Under the pieces are notes generated by a model. The model was not told the DNA's origin. It did not search any database and was given only the letters and a program-made list of their open reading frames with translations. DNA of 64,000 nucleotides from the NCBI GenBank assembly GCA_965218295.1, contig CBDCKN010000014.1:32001-96000 (forward strand), in the 5' to 3' direction. Position 1 is the stretch's first letter. Every line of letters starts with the position of its first letter. Both the position numbers and the translations under genes were made by a program. Origin of the DNA: Longimicrobiales bacterium. GTDB lineage: Bacteria; Gemmatimonadota; Gemmatimonadetes; Longimicrobiales; Gaopeijiaceae. Shown here one piece after another: positions 10,380 through 20,204 of the stretch.

Positions 10380-12284
10380 TCAGCGCTCCCCGCCGCGCCC
10401 CGAAGGGACGAGGGGGAGGACGATGTGGGACGGGTGGGTGGCGCTGCTGTGATGGATCGTGTTGTCGGCCTCGATCATGCGCCGGTGTCGTCCCAGGGGC
10501 TCCCCGGTATTGGGGTTCACGTCGAACTTGGGGAAGTTCGAGCTGGAGATGTCCACCCGGATCCGGTGCCCCTCCTTGAAGAGGTTAGCGGTGGGGAAGA
10601 GCTTGATGTCGAGCTCGTAGACCTCCCCCGGCTCCAGCAAGTTCTCCTCGTCGGGTGACTTCCAGAAGCGGGCCCGGAAGATCCCGTCCGCCAGGTTCAT
10701 GTCGAAGCCCCGGGGGTAGTCCCGGCTGGGGGGGTAGACGTCCACCAGCTTGGCGGTGAAGTCGGTGTCCAGGGCGGAGGAGGAGACGAAGAGCTTCACC
10801 ACCAGGGGCCCCACCACCTCCACGTCCTCCTGGAGCGGCTCGGTCTGGAAGACCACCACGTCGGGACGGGCCTTGAGGGGGAGGTAGGGGAGCTTCGAGC
10901 CGAAGTGGTCCTCCCGCTCGTGCTGGTCGTAGGGGCCGGGGGAGATCCAGTAGGCGCTCCCGATGGAGGGGACGGGGTCCGCCGGGTCGAAGCTGTAGGT
11001 GGTGGAGGGGGGCCCGGAGCCGGACATGGCGGGGCTCAGGCTCCCGTCCCCGTGGAAGTAGTAGTTGGTGAAGCGGGTGCCCGGGAGCGGCCAGGCGCTC
11101 TCGTCCCTCCAGTAGCCGCCGTGGAAGAGGCGGCCGTTGCCGTCCTTGTGGCCGTCGCCGGTGCCCATGACAAACACCCGGACGTCGGCCTCGTCCTCCA
11201 CCTCGGTGGTCTTCCCCTTGATGAAGTGGTCAAACCACCGGAGGTGGAAGTAGGTGTGGAAGTCGTGGACGGCCGACTCGGGCCCGAACTCCACCTCGCC
11301 GGCCCAGGTCCAGTCATTCTTACCGTGGTCCCAGGGGCCGACCAGGAGACGGACGGGCCCCTTCTTCTTCGACAGGCCGACGTAGTTCTGGACGATCCCC
11401 CCGTTCAGGACGTCCCACCACCCCCCGATGTGGAGCATGGGGATGTCGGCGGTCTGCTCGTAGTAGTCCTCCCAGTTCCGGCCGATCCCCCTGTAGTACT
11501 TCGCCTCCCCCTGCGTGGACTGGGAAATGATGTAGCCTTCGATGTTCGGAGCCATGGCCAGGGGGCTTAACCCCTTCCGGATGGGGAACGCCCTGAGCCA
11601 GTCCATCGCCTCCTCCCGGCTGAACTCCTCGTGCAGGGAAGCACGTGGTTCACCCGGCAGCCCGGAGGTGAGCGCCCACGGCAGCTGGATCGCCCAGTGA
11701 TAGGCCCCCTGATGGCGGATGTGGTGCTCCCAGGAGTTCCAGATGGAGCCGTGGTTGGGCACGATGGTGGTGAGGTGCGGCGGATTCGTCTTGGAGGCGT
11801 CGACCTGCGTGAGGCCGTTGTACGAGGTCCCCCACATCCCGGTCTTGCCGTTCGTGTACGGCAGGTTCGCCAGCCACTCGATGGTGTCGTACCCGTCGGG
11901 GGCGTCGAACTCGTGGTACTTGTAGGGGAAGAGCCCCTCCGACTTGTACCGGCCCCGGGTGTCCTGCACCACCACCACGTACCCGTGCTTCACGAAAAAC
12001 TCCCTCTGGGAGATCCCCTGAGGAGGAGATCTCCAGCGCGTCTTGTCGTACGGCGTCCGGTAGAGGAGGACGGGGAGGGGCTCCTCCACGGGGACACCGT
12101 TCCGGGCCGGCCGGTAGATGTCCGTGGCCAGCTTCACCCCGTCCCGCATGGGGATCATGAGGTCGGTCTCGTGGACGACCACCTCGTCGTAGAGTGGGGG
12201 AGGGTTCTTGTCCGGGCTCTGGGCTAGGAGCGGCGCAACGCTCCAGAGGAGGGCCGCCGCCACCACCACGATACGCGCTTTCAT
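10380..12284 (-). CDS. Secreted CocE/NonD family hydrolase (copy A)
   Basis: Signal MKARIVVVAAALL after AAGGAG; IPMRDGVKLATDIYRP, RTPY, GMWGTSYNG nucleophile, VGPWDH, SSSNFPKFDVN. Confidence 0.93.
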   Translation of the reverse strand: MKARIVVVAAALLWSVAPLLAQSPDKNPPPLYDEVVVHETDLMIPMRDGVKLATDIYRPARNGVPVEEPLPVLLYRTPYDKTRWRSPPQGISQREFFVKHGYVVVVQDTRGRYKSEGLFPYKYHEFDAPDGYDTIEWLANLPYTNGKTGMWGTSYNGLTQVDASKTNPPHLTTIVPNHGSIWNSWEHHIRHQGAYHWAIQLPWALTSGLPGEPRASLHEEFSREEAMDWLRAFPIRKGLSPLAMAPNIEGYIISQSTQGEAKYYRGIGRNWEDYYEQTADIPMLHIGGWWDVLNGGIVQNYVGLSKKKGPVRLLVGPWDHGKNDWTWAGEVEFGPESAVHDFHTYFHLRWFDHFIKGKTTEVEDEADVRVFVMGTGDGHKDGNGRLFHGGYWRDESAWPLPGTRFTNYYFHGDGSLSPAMSGSGPPSTTYSFDPADPVPSIGSAYWISPGPYDQHEREDHFGSKLPYLPLKARPDVVVFQTEPLQEDVEVVGPLVVKLFVSSSALDTDFTAKLVDVYPPSRDYPRGFDMNLADGIFRARFWKSPDEENLLEPGEVYELDIKLFPTANLFKEGHRIRVDISSSNFPKFDVNPNTGEPLGRHRRMIEADNTIHHSSATHPSHIVLPLVPSGRGGER

Positions 12285-12395
12285 CGTTCTGGCTCCTTCA
12301 TGAAAGGTCGGCAAAATAAGCATCCAGGGTCTCGAGCGGACATCGCCGCGTGCCAACGACGAATTCGCGTACGTCGGGCTTCCGCGGATAAGCAT

Positions 12396-12535
12396 TCAGC
12401 GCCCCGAAGGGACGAGGGGGAGGACGATGTGGGACGAGGGGGTGGCGCTGCTGTGATGAAGGTGTTGTCGGCCTCGATCATGCGCCGGTGTCGTCCCAGG
12501 GGCTCCCCCGTGTTCGGGTTCACGTCGAAGCGTGG
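12396..12535 (-). pseudogene. CocE/NonD extreme C-terminal fragment
   Basis: PRFDVNPNTGEPLGRHRRMIEADNT, near-identical to the 3' end of copy A. Confidence 0.8.
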
Positions 12536-12669
12536 CGCCGAGTACATTGTGAGCGGGGAGGCGTGCACGCCTCCCCGCCGTGGACCCCGAGGGACCGGAG
12601 GGCGACACGGGGGAGAAGGTGCGGACGGCTTTCTCCACACCGCGCTCCCCCCGGCCCGGTCCGGCGACC

Positions 12670-13953
12670 TCAGAAGTTCGGGTTGTTCAGGAACTCGGCA
12701 TCGGGGGTCGGGAGGCACGTGACGGGCCCGTAGGGCGCTCCCTTGCCAGTGAACCCCTGCTCCCAGGTAATATTCAGCCGGATGAGGTCGTTGTTCCGGT
12801 GCCCCTCCGCAAACAGCTGCCGCCGCCGCTCCTCGATCACCTGCTCCCGAATCTCCTCGGTGTCGTTGCTCGAGAACTGCGGGAGCCCGTGCTTGTCCCG
12901 CAACCGGTTGATGATGTCCACCGCGGCCTGCCCGCCGTTGGCCTCCGCGATGATCAGCTGTGCCTCCTCCCAGCTCGCGATGGGGAGGGGATCGGACACC
13001 GAGGTATACTTCATCTGGTTCCAATGGGGTGTCACGCCGTCTGAACCGACCGTGCCCACATCGACGGCGACGACCCGCGGGTCGGGGACGCCGTCCACGG
13101 TCAGGTTCCGGAAGCTCGGATGGACCGACTGGTATTGCTGCACGATGGTATGCGTGTAGACCCGGTTTTCCCGGCGGGGAGTTGTGCCGGAGTACGTGGC
13201 GTTCTTGACGAAACCCTCGGGGATCTGTCCGGCGTCCGCCGCCGCTTCTGACGTCTTTCCCAGATCGAGCCTCACGCGGGCTCGCCCCACGAGCGCCATG
13301 TTCTCGATCTCGTCCGTCCCGGCCGCCCGCGCACCGTCGATGGCCTCCGTGAACCTCTGCTCGGCGATCGCGAGAACCTCGGCGCTTGTCAGCTTCGGCC
13401 CCGCGTCGATGGCGATCTCGCAGAAGCCTTCTCCCAGCATGGTAAGGCTGTACCCCGCGTAGGCGTTCGCCGTTGCGATCAGCTCGGCCTTGTTCGGCAC
13501 CTCATCATCCGGGAATCCCTCGATCCGCGCCGCGGCGTCCTCCGCCTGGAAGCGGGCAGTCTGGAGGGGCTGGTAGGTCCCCTGGTTCGGCTCGCCCTGG
13601 GTTGGGGCGCAGGGCTCGTCTCCGAAGGTGCTCAGGTCTTCGATGCGGTTGTCCCATACGTGGAGCACCCGCCAGATCCCGGAAGAGATGAACTCGTCCG
13701 TCAGGAGGCCGGTCGCCGCCACGTACCCGGCGTAGCCGCACTCGAAATCGGCGATCGCGCCGTTCACCAAGGTAAAGGCGAGAGCCGGGTCTGCAAGGCT
13801 CTCCGCATTCACCCGCGTCGGGAGGTTAACCTCCAGAAGGCTGTCGCAGCCGCCCACGCCGGTGAGGACCAGAAAGACCAACGCTGCGGAGCCGAGACGG
13901 CAATGCCTTCGCGTCTCCCGGTTCCTGTTCCTGGAAATTGCCATTTCGCTCAT
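12670..13953 (-). CDS. susD: RagB/SusD family lipoprotein
   Basis: Lipobox VGGC-D, ALVGRARVRL, EERRRQLFAEGHR; directly downstream of susC. Confidence 0.9.
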   Translation of the reverse strand: MSEMAISRNRNRETRRHCRLGSAALVFLVLTGVGGCDSLLEVNLPTRVNAESLADPALAFTLVNGAIADFECGYAGYVAATGLLTDEFISSGIWRVLHVWDNRIEDLSTFGDEPCAPTQGEPNQGTYQPLQTARFQAEDAAARIEGFPDDEVPNKAELIATANAYAGYSLTMLGEGFCEIAIDAGPKLTSAEVLAIAEQRFTEAIDGARAAGTDEIENMALVGRARVRLDLGKTSEAAADAGQIPEGFVKNATYSGTTPRRENRVYTHTIVQQYQSVHPSFRNLTVDGVPDPRVVAVDVGTVGSDGVTPHWNQMKYTSVSDPLPIASWEEAQLIIAEANGGQAAVDIINRLRDKHGLPQFSSNDTEEIREQVIEERRRQLFAEGHRNNDLIRLNITWEQGFTGKGAPYGPVTCLPTPDAEFLNNPNF

Positions 13954-14009
13954 CCTCTCAATTCGGTCCCAACATAACAGTGGATCCCCGTTCGGCCACC
14001 CCGGCTTCC

Positions 14010-16988
14010 TCAGAAGGTCAGCCGAACCGTGGCCAAGATCTGGGACGTGGGAGGCATAACCGCCTGGTGATTGCCCAGGAACTCGTTGTCGCCCGTAGTC
14101 TCCGGGTCCCAGATCCTCTGGGGCCCAAACCGCGTGAACTCTTCCTCGATCCAGAGGGTGAAGACGTTCCGCGCCGCAACGCTGAGTACGACCCGGGAGG
14201 CCCCAACACTGCTGGCCAAGCCGGAGGGGAGGGTGTAAGTGGCGGAAAGCTCCCGGAGCTTAGCGAAGCCCGCGTTGTAGAACCCCAGGGGCTGCCTCCC
14301 GATCTTCCGATAGGCCATGAAGATCGGCTCGTCCTGGAGGTTGCCGGCGAGCGTCGTCTGGACGCTGGTGTGGGCTCCCGGCCAGGTCGCGTCTTCGTGC
14401 ATATGGCCGCCCCGAGCCTCCACACGTGCATACAACCTCAGATTGCCGAAGAGCGTGAGCGTAGTGTTCACGCCGAGATCCCAGGTCGGGGTGGGCTGGC
14501 CCCACCTCACACGCGGCGCCTCGGCGCAGGGGACCGGCGCGTTACCCGGACCCCCCTCACACATCTCGTTCTGGACCGGCCCGCGGGTTCCGGAGACGAA
14601 TTCAGCGGAAACCACTCGCTTGAAGTAGTAGCTGGAGAGGGCTTCTCCGACCCGGTGCTGCATGGTACGACCTAGCGATATGGACTCTACACCCTCACCG
14701 AGGTCCTCGACCCGACTCTTCGTGGTGGCGAGAGTCAACCCCACGTCCCACCCCAGCCGCCTCCCCTCCAGGAGCCGCGCGTAGACGCCCAGCTCGGCTC
14801 CCCAGTTCTTGACCTCGCCCACATTGATGAACTGGAAGCCCGGAAACCCCGACGAGGGAGGGAGGGCCTTCTGCACGATGGCGTCCAACGTCTTTCGTGT
14901 GTAGTAGGTGAAGTCGATAAGGACCTGGTCCTCGAGGAGCCCCGCGTCGAAGCCCAGCTCCAGCTCCTGTCCTTTTTCGGGTTTCAGGTCCGGGTTTCCG
15001 ATGGCACCGGGGGTGACCACAGATTGGTCGCCCGGGCCCGTGCTCGGATCGTAGAGACGCACGGCGGCGAAGACGTCGGGCTGCTGCCCTGTAGCGCCCC
15101 AAGCGGCCCGGAGCCTCAGCGAGCTCACGGACTCGACGTTCCAGAAGGGCTCCTCGTTCAAGACCCAGCTCGCGCTGACCTTCGGGTACGTAACGATGTC
15201 GAAGTTCGCGCCGAACGCGCTGTTGTCGTCGGCCCGCACCGCAGCGGTGAAGAAGAGACGGCCCTTCCAGCTGAACTGCTCCTGGACGTACATCCCCAGC
15301 GTCCGGTTCTCGATGAAATCCTCGCTCCCGGAGGTAATCGCCGCCCCGCTCACTGTAGTCACCGCCGGCGTGGGGAAGAGCCTGCCGGAGGATCCGGAGA
15401 TCTGGTCCTCGTTGCGATAGTGCTGAACGCCGATTGAGAGGGCGGACTCGAGATTGTCAGTCAGGCCAACCGTAGCCGTGGCCGAATAGTCGATCGTGAT
15501 GAAGGTCGTCTTGTGCTCGTCCACGTCCTTCTGTCCGAGGCTCTGGGCGCCGAAGAAGTGGGCCGTGCCGTCCGGGTGTCGGGGGTAGAGGACCGAGCTC
15601 ACCTCCGAGGCGTAGTCCACCCCGGTGATGAGCCGCTGGGTGAACCAGGACCAGGGCCGGTGCGTCGCCTGCAGATTCCAGGTGAAGCGGTCGAGGCCGG
15701 ACAGGGCCTCGACTGTGGCCATCTCCTCTGGAGGGGCCCCGAAGAATCCTCTCAACCGCCGGTCTCTCGTACTGGGGGAACCCCAGTGCAAGGACCCAAG
15801 GATGTCCCGGACCGGAGCGACCTGGCCCAGGCGGGTGTTGCCCCGTGTATAGGCGAAGCCCGAGTTCAGATCCAACGTCGGGTGGGGGAAGACGCCCAGG
15901 TTGACCCGGCTCCCGAACTTCTTCTGCCAGTTGTAGTCAAGGATCCCCTCGTTGTCGGTCCAATCCGCCGAGACGTTGTACCGGACGAGGTCCGTGCCGC
16001 CACGCAGGTTCACGGTGTAATTGGTGAGCCGGCCGTTCTGGAAGACGTCCCCCTGCCCGTTGTCGCGCTCCCACTCGTAGAGGTTGTGGCCCAGCATTTC
16101 GCCGGTTTGGTTATCCCTGAAATAGGTCATGCCAAGCTTTCCCGCCGGGTCCGGCATCCACAGCGTTCCGCTCTTGACGGTGACGTCCAGCACGGGAGAG
16201 CCCTGCCTGCCCTTCTTCGTGATGATCTGGATCACGCCGTTGGACGCTTCCGTGCCGTACAGGGTGGCCGCCGCCGGGCCCTTGATCACCTCGATGCTCT
16301 CGATGTCCTCGGGGTTGATGTCGTTCAGGCGACTGACGGGCGCTTTCGAGGACAACCCGGTCCGGGGGTTGCTGTTGATCCGCACCCCGTCCACGTAGAT
16401 CAGCGGGTCGTTCGGGAGGGACAGGCTCGATACGCCGCGTATCCGGATGGGTGCACCCACTCCGCCGACCCCGCCCGGCAGGCCCCCGAGGGAGACACCG
16501 GGAGTTCGGGTCCCCAGGAGCTCCTGGACGGTGAAGCTCGGCGTCACCTCCATGACCCGGGTCGCGCTGATCCTGCCCACGACGTTGCCGATGGCCCGCC
16601 TCTGCGTGCCACCCGGCGTCCCGGTGACTACGATCTCGTCCAGGGCGAGCGCCTCCTCGCTCAGCTCGAAATCCACCGCCACCGCTCCCCCTTCAGGAAC
16701 GTCTACCGTCCGTTCGGCGGAAGTGTACCCGATCAGCTCCACCCGGAGCGTGACGGTGCCCGTTGGCACATTGGCGAGGAGGTACCTGCCGGCGGTGTTG
16801 GTGAGCCCTCCCACGCCGGTGCCGAGGATGAAGACCTGGCCCTGGGCGAGGGCGCGCCCGGTCCGGGCCTCCACTACCTCGCCCGTAATGGTCCCCTGGG
16901 TCTGCGCGAGAGCGCCCCGGGCAGCGAACGGAGTCGTCGCAGCCAGTACAAGAAGCGCTGTAAGTGCTCTGTGTAGATGTGAAAACAT
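14010..16988 (-). CDS. susC: SusC/RagA TonB-dependent transporter
   Basis: LDEIVVTG, PLIYVDGV, DINPEDIESIEVIKGPAAATLYGTEASNGVIQIITKKG, C-terminal VRLTF. Confidence 0.95.
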   Translation of the reverse strand: MFSHLHRALTALLVLAATTPFAARGALAQTQGTITGEVVEARTGRALAQGQVFILGTGVGGLTNTAGRYLLANVPTGTVTLRVELIGYTSAERTVDVPEGGAVAVDFELSEEALALDEIVVTGTPGGTQRRAIGNVVGRISATRVMEVTPSFTVQELLGTRTPGVSLGGLPGGVGGVGAPIRIRGVSSLSLPNDPLIYVDGVRINSNPRTGLSSKAPVSRLNDINPEDIESIEVIKGPAAATLYGTEASNGVIQIITKKGRQGSPVLDVTVKSGTLWMPDPAGKLGMTYFRDNQTGEMLGHNLYEWERDNGQGDVFQNGRLTNYTVNLRGGTDLVRYNVSADWTDNEGILDYNWQKKFGSRVNLGVFPHPTLDLNSGFAYTRGNTRLGQVAPVRDILGSLHWGSPSTRDRRLRGFFGAPPEEMATVEALSGLDRFTWNLQATHRPWSWFTQRLITGVDYASEVSSVLYPRHPDGTAHFFGAQSLGQKDVDEHKTTFITIDYSATATVGLTDNLESALSIGVQHYRNEDQISGSSGRLFPTPAVTTVSGAAITSGSEDFIENRTLGMYVQEQFSWKGRLFFTAAVRADDNSAFGANFDIVTYPKVSASWVLNEEPFWNVESVSSLRLRAAWGATGQQPDVFAAVRLYDPSTGPGDQSVVTPGAIGNPDLKPEKGQELELGFDAGLLEDQVLIDFTYYTRKTLDAIVQKALPPSSGFPGFQFINVGEVKNWGAELGVYARLLEGRRLGWDVGLTLATTKSRVEDLGEGVESISLGRTMQHRVGEALSSYYFKRVVSAEFVSGTRGPVQNEMCEGGPGNAPVPCAEAPRVRWGQPTPTWDLGVNTTLTLFGNLRLYARVEARGGHMHEDATWPGAHTSVQTTLAGNLQDEPIFMAYRKIGRQPLGFYNAGFAKLRELSATYTLPSGLASSVGASRVVLSVAARNVFTLWIEEEFTRFGPQRIWDPETTGDNEFLGNHQAVMPPTSQILATVRLTF

Positions 16989-17173
16989 AACGGTTCCTCC
17001 CGGGGAGAGAGCTAATGCGACGTCAGGACCGCAGAAGTGCCCCTGCTCGGCCGCAGATGCCGAAATCGAGATTCACGGTACCCCTCAGACTTATGTGGTT
17101 GAGCAAGCCTAGTGCTGTGTATATTCGACGTAGCCGGGATCTTCGGCCCAGCCCAAGCTTTACTAGCTCAGCC

Positions 17174-18616
17174 TCAGTCCCGGTTCGGGGTCCACTTGCG
17201 GTTGTACTTGTCTACTTTATACGGATCAAAGGAGATAAAGCGCGAGGTGTAACTCCCGTCCAACGACCTCGCCAGCTCATTGAGGTGCTCCGGGTCCGTG
17301 CTCCCCCAGCTTCCGGTGTCCAGGCGGTGCATCATAGTTTCAATCACGGCATGGCTTTCTGTAGGGGTGAAACCACAGTGCGTAGGCGCCTCGACGATTG
17401 CTGTGCGGTACAGGTCATCCTTGCCGTTTGCGCGTACTAGATCGGCATAACCTTGGACCATGCTACTGGGAATGTACGTATCTCCGATCGCCTGCATCTG
17501 CAGAACCGGAACCTGCGGATTGCCCCTCACAGTGCGCCCGGGCGCACTCCACCACTCGATTGCCTCTTCGTCCGCCGAGATGCGGGGAAACGCGTTGATC
17601 CGCTCGAGATCATCCTGAAGATCAAGACCGGCTTCCTGATACAGCTGACGAACCGCTCGCTTGTTGAACTCGTTGCCGTTGTTGAAAAACTCCCTGTAGT
17701 CGACGCCGGTGTTCCACGACAACTGAGAAGACCACTCAAGGCCGGCCGGGTTCTCGAGCATGTACCGTGATATACCGCCTATTCGGCCGGGGGCGGCACC
17801 ATCGAGAGCAGTCTGGTACATACTGTACTGAAGCGCAGCTACATCGTTCCGATCCGGATTCGGCATCCTCGGATTCACCCAGTCCGGTTCCTGTCCGATC
17901 GTAATGGCAAGCGCAATACGGGCCCGGCCCTCCGGAGTCTGCTGGGCAGCCCTGATCGCTTGGCGCCACGCAAAAGTGAGTGAGGGGTATTCTGGTCGTA
18001 GGGAAGAGCTATGAGGAAGATCCACGATACGCAGGTCAGGAGCGATCAACGCCTTCAGGACAAACCACTTGTCCAGCTTCGTATTCATCAACCACACCCG
18101 GTCCCCCGCGGCCGTGGCGATCACGCCATCGACCCGGTCGGAGAAAACCTCCGAAATGACGAGCCCGGCGGAGCCGCCTCCGGAGCATCCATAGTGGATG
18201 ACTCGATCCGGCTTACGGAAGTGCTCCTCGAACACATCAAGCACCGTATTGAGATGCCTAATCTCGCTCGCGGGATCGTAGTTGCCGACCCATCGGCGCT
18301 CATGCCGGGCCGTTCCTGATACGGCGTACCCCTTTTCGAGCAGGTATAGATAACGATCGCTGTTGGCACCAGAGGCATAGTCCAGATCCCTGATGAGCGT
18401 TCCGTTCCAGTTGGATGGAACCCGCATCAGGTACCGCGTTCCATCGCCAAGCGTACCTCCCTCCTCGGTGTACGTTACCTGCGCGGTGGTCCCGGTGCCG
18501 CACCCGATCATCAGCCCAACAAGGAAGGCGACAATCGACGCCACAAGCAGTCGGCCTCCAAGATCTCTCGCTGGCGAAAGGGCACCACGGGGGCCAGCCG
18601 GCGTTGTTCTCATCAT
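17174..18616 (-). CDS. Secreted alpha/beta hydrolase, phthalyl-amidase-like (copy 1, lipobox)
   Basis: RVPSNWNGTLIRDLD, YGCSGGG nucleophile elbow, IGD, THCGF; resembles Xanthobacter phthalyl amidase as recalled. Confidence 0.8.
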   Translation of the reverse strand: MMRTTPAGPRGALSPARDLGGRLLVASIVAFLVGLMIGCGTGTTAQVTYTEEGGTLGDGTRYLMRVPSNWNGTLIRDLDYASGANSDRYLYLLEKGYAVSGTARHERRWVGNYDPASEIRHLNTVLDVFEEHFRKPDRVIHYGCSGGGSAGLVISEVFSDRVDGVIATAAGDRVWLMNTKLDKWFVLKALIAPDLRIVDLPHSSSLRPEYPSLTFAWRQAIRAAQQTPEGRARIALAITIGQEPDWVNPRMPNPDRNDVAALQYSMYQTALDGAAPGRIGGISRYMLENPAGLEWSSQLSWNTGVDYREFFNNGNEFNKRAVRQLYQEAGLDLQDDLERINAFPRISADEEAIEWWSAPGRTVRGNPQVPVLQMQAIGDTYIPSSMVQGYADLVRANGKDDLYRTAIVEAPTHCGFTPTESHAVIETMMHRLDTGSWGSTDPEHLNELARSLDGSYTSRFISFDPYKVDKYNRKWTPNRD

Positions 18617-18617
18617 C

Positions 18618-18678
18618 GTTGTCTCCTTTGCATCTCAGACCTGCAAAGTTGTCTCCTTTGCATCGTCTCAGACCTGCA
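18618..18678 (-). repeat. Tandem ~30-bp duplication containing the RBS (also 52433..52494; single unit at 46380..46411)
   Basis: gttgtctcctttgcatc(gt)ctcagacctgca twice; reverse strand reads AAAGGAGACAAC before the ATG. Confidence 0.9.
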
Positions 18679-18747
18679 CGCACCGCCCCGAGCTCGACCT
18701 GCCCTCTCGGACCCCATCCATAACATCCTGCTCCGGCACGATCTCGT

Positions 18748-18831
18748 GCCCAAGCGGCCCAGGCGGCCCAGGCGGCCCAGGCGGATTAATATATGCTTCC
18801 AATATAGATTTCGACAGGGATTTCGACAGGG
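18748..18831. repeat. Short tandem repeats
   Basis: (gcggcccag)x3 and (gatttcgacagg)x2. Confidence 0.85.
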
Positions 18832-19086
18832 AGGCGGTGTCACGTCGGGAACTTTCCGCGAAGGCGTGTGGGGAAAAACCTTACATGAGGGGTGGCTGCG
18901 CGAGGCCCGAGAGGCTCGGTAGTCGAGTCAACATCATCACCCCCTATGTTCTTCGTACAAATGGCGATCGCTTCTCGTCGACCAGAATTTGGCACACGCC
19001 TCGAACGTAGGCCTCGAAAAACAGGCTCGGTCGTGTTCTCAATCGACGGCGCGCAGAGAAGATTCCCGAATCCGGACCCAAGCCAG

Positions 19087-19170
19087 TGCCGGGAGGGGGA
19101 CTCGAACCCCCAAGGGCCGAAGCCCGCCGGATTTTGAGTCCGGTGCGTCTACCAATTCCACCATCCCGGC
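19087..19170 (-). tRNA. tRNA-Leu(CAA), no encoded CCA
   Basis: GCCGGGA/TCCCGGC acceptor stem, CCGGA-CTCAAAA-TCCGG anticodon arm, long variable arm, GGGGG-TTCGAGT-CCCCC T arm. Confidence 0.97.
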
Positions 19171-19264
19171 CAATCTCAAATAACGTGATTAGCGGCGTAG
19201 AACCTAACGTTTTCAGCTTCGACCGAAAAGCACGGAAACGTCCAAATAGGGGATAATGGGGATA

Positions 19265-19290
19265 GCCACCGTCATAGTTTGGGCATAGTC
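19265..19290 (+). repeat. Putative integrase arm-type site, repeated at 21293..21318
   Basis: gccaccg(t/g)catagtttgggcatagtc, 25 of 26 identical, near each att end, with internal CATAGT repeat. Confidence 0.7.
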
Positions 19291-19322
19291 GGCCATAACG
19301 GCACGCTTTCTACGGGACGGGC

Positions 19323-19598
19323 TTAGGTGAGTACCGCGATGGCGAGAGCGATCAGAGAGATCACGATTGCCCACCTCGACCAAATGTGCGCTCTGCGGGC
19401 GATCGCTATGGCCTCCCGGCCTGGGGCACGTGCAACCTCGAATCGCTCAAGGTATCGTTCTGCCCACAGCCTCTTTTCGGCCAGTGGGGCTTCCCATTCG
19501 CCGTACTCGCCGCGCTCGAAAGCCTCTCTGACAGCCTCCTCACCCTTCCTCTCAAGCCCGTCTTTGAAGTCCTGCCTCTCTTTCCTTGTCAGCGCCAT
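19323..19598 (-). CDS. Small hypothetical protein with C-terminal transmembrane helix
   Basis: ATG after GGGGGGA; charged N-terminus, hydrophobic WAIVISLIALAIAVLT tail. Confidence 0.6.
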   Translation of the reverse strand: MALTRKERQDFKDGLERKGEEAVREAFERGEYGEWEAPLAEKRLWAERYLERFEVARAPGREAIAIARRAHIWSRWAIVISLIALAIAVLT

Positions 19599-20204
19599 AT
19601 CGGTCCCCCCGCTTTTTCTTACCCCTCCAACTCCTCCGCCGCCTTTCGCCGCCCTCCGGGACACAATCGAGACACAGTCAGCATACGCAAGGTTCTGGCA
19701 GCGGTTGGGACATGCCTTGCCACTAGGCACTCCGGTTCAGGAGTGGCGGTACGCCCATATCAGACTGCCTGGGCCTCACCGTGAGCCCGATCCACCGGAC
19801 CCAGGGATCAACCTGGCACGGAGTTTCACGGTCTCGGTGACGTTCCGGACCCCGGACGTAACCCAGGACGATCTTGGAACGCTCCGAGATGCCGTCCGGC
19901 ACGCGTGGCAGCGTGCCGGCGGCCTGGACCCCTCTGATCGGCACCGATTGACTGACGCCGGCCGTGCACTCCTGCGAGCATGGCGCGAGGCGGGCGGGCC
20001 TGAAGGGAGAGGGGGCCGAAGCTTCTGGGAGGAGGTCCGTCAGGGGTGGCAGGCACTTGCCGCCGCAGACGAGAGGATTCCCGCACCACCCTCCAAGGTC
20101 GAATCCGTAAGGCGGTACTGGTACTTACTCGAAAAGAAACGCGAGAGCGGGCTCCTCAATCATATACCGTCCACCACCCCCAACTCGGACCCCGGAGAAA
20201 AGCG

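Noticed and set aside
18618..18678. CRISPR-like ~30-bp repeats
   Set aside because: Two abutting units, no spacers, no cas genes
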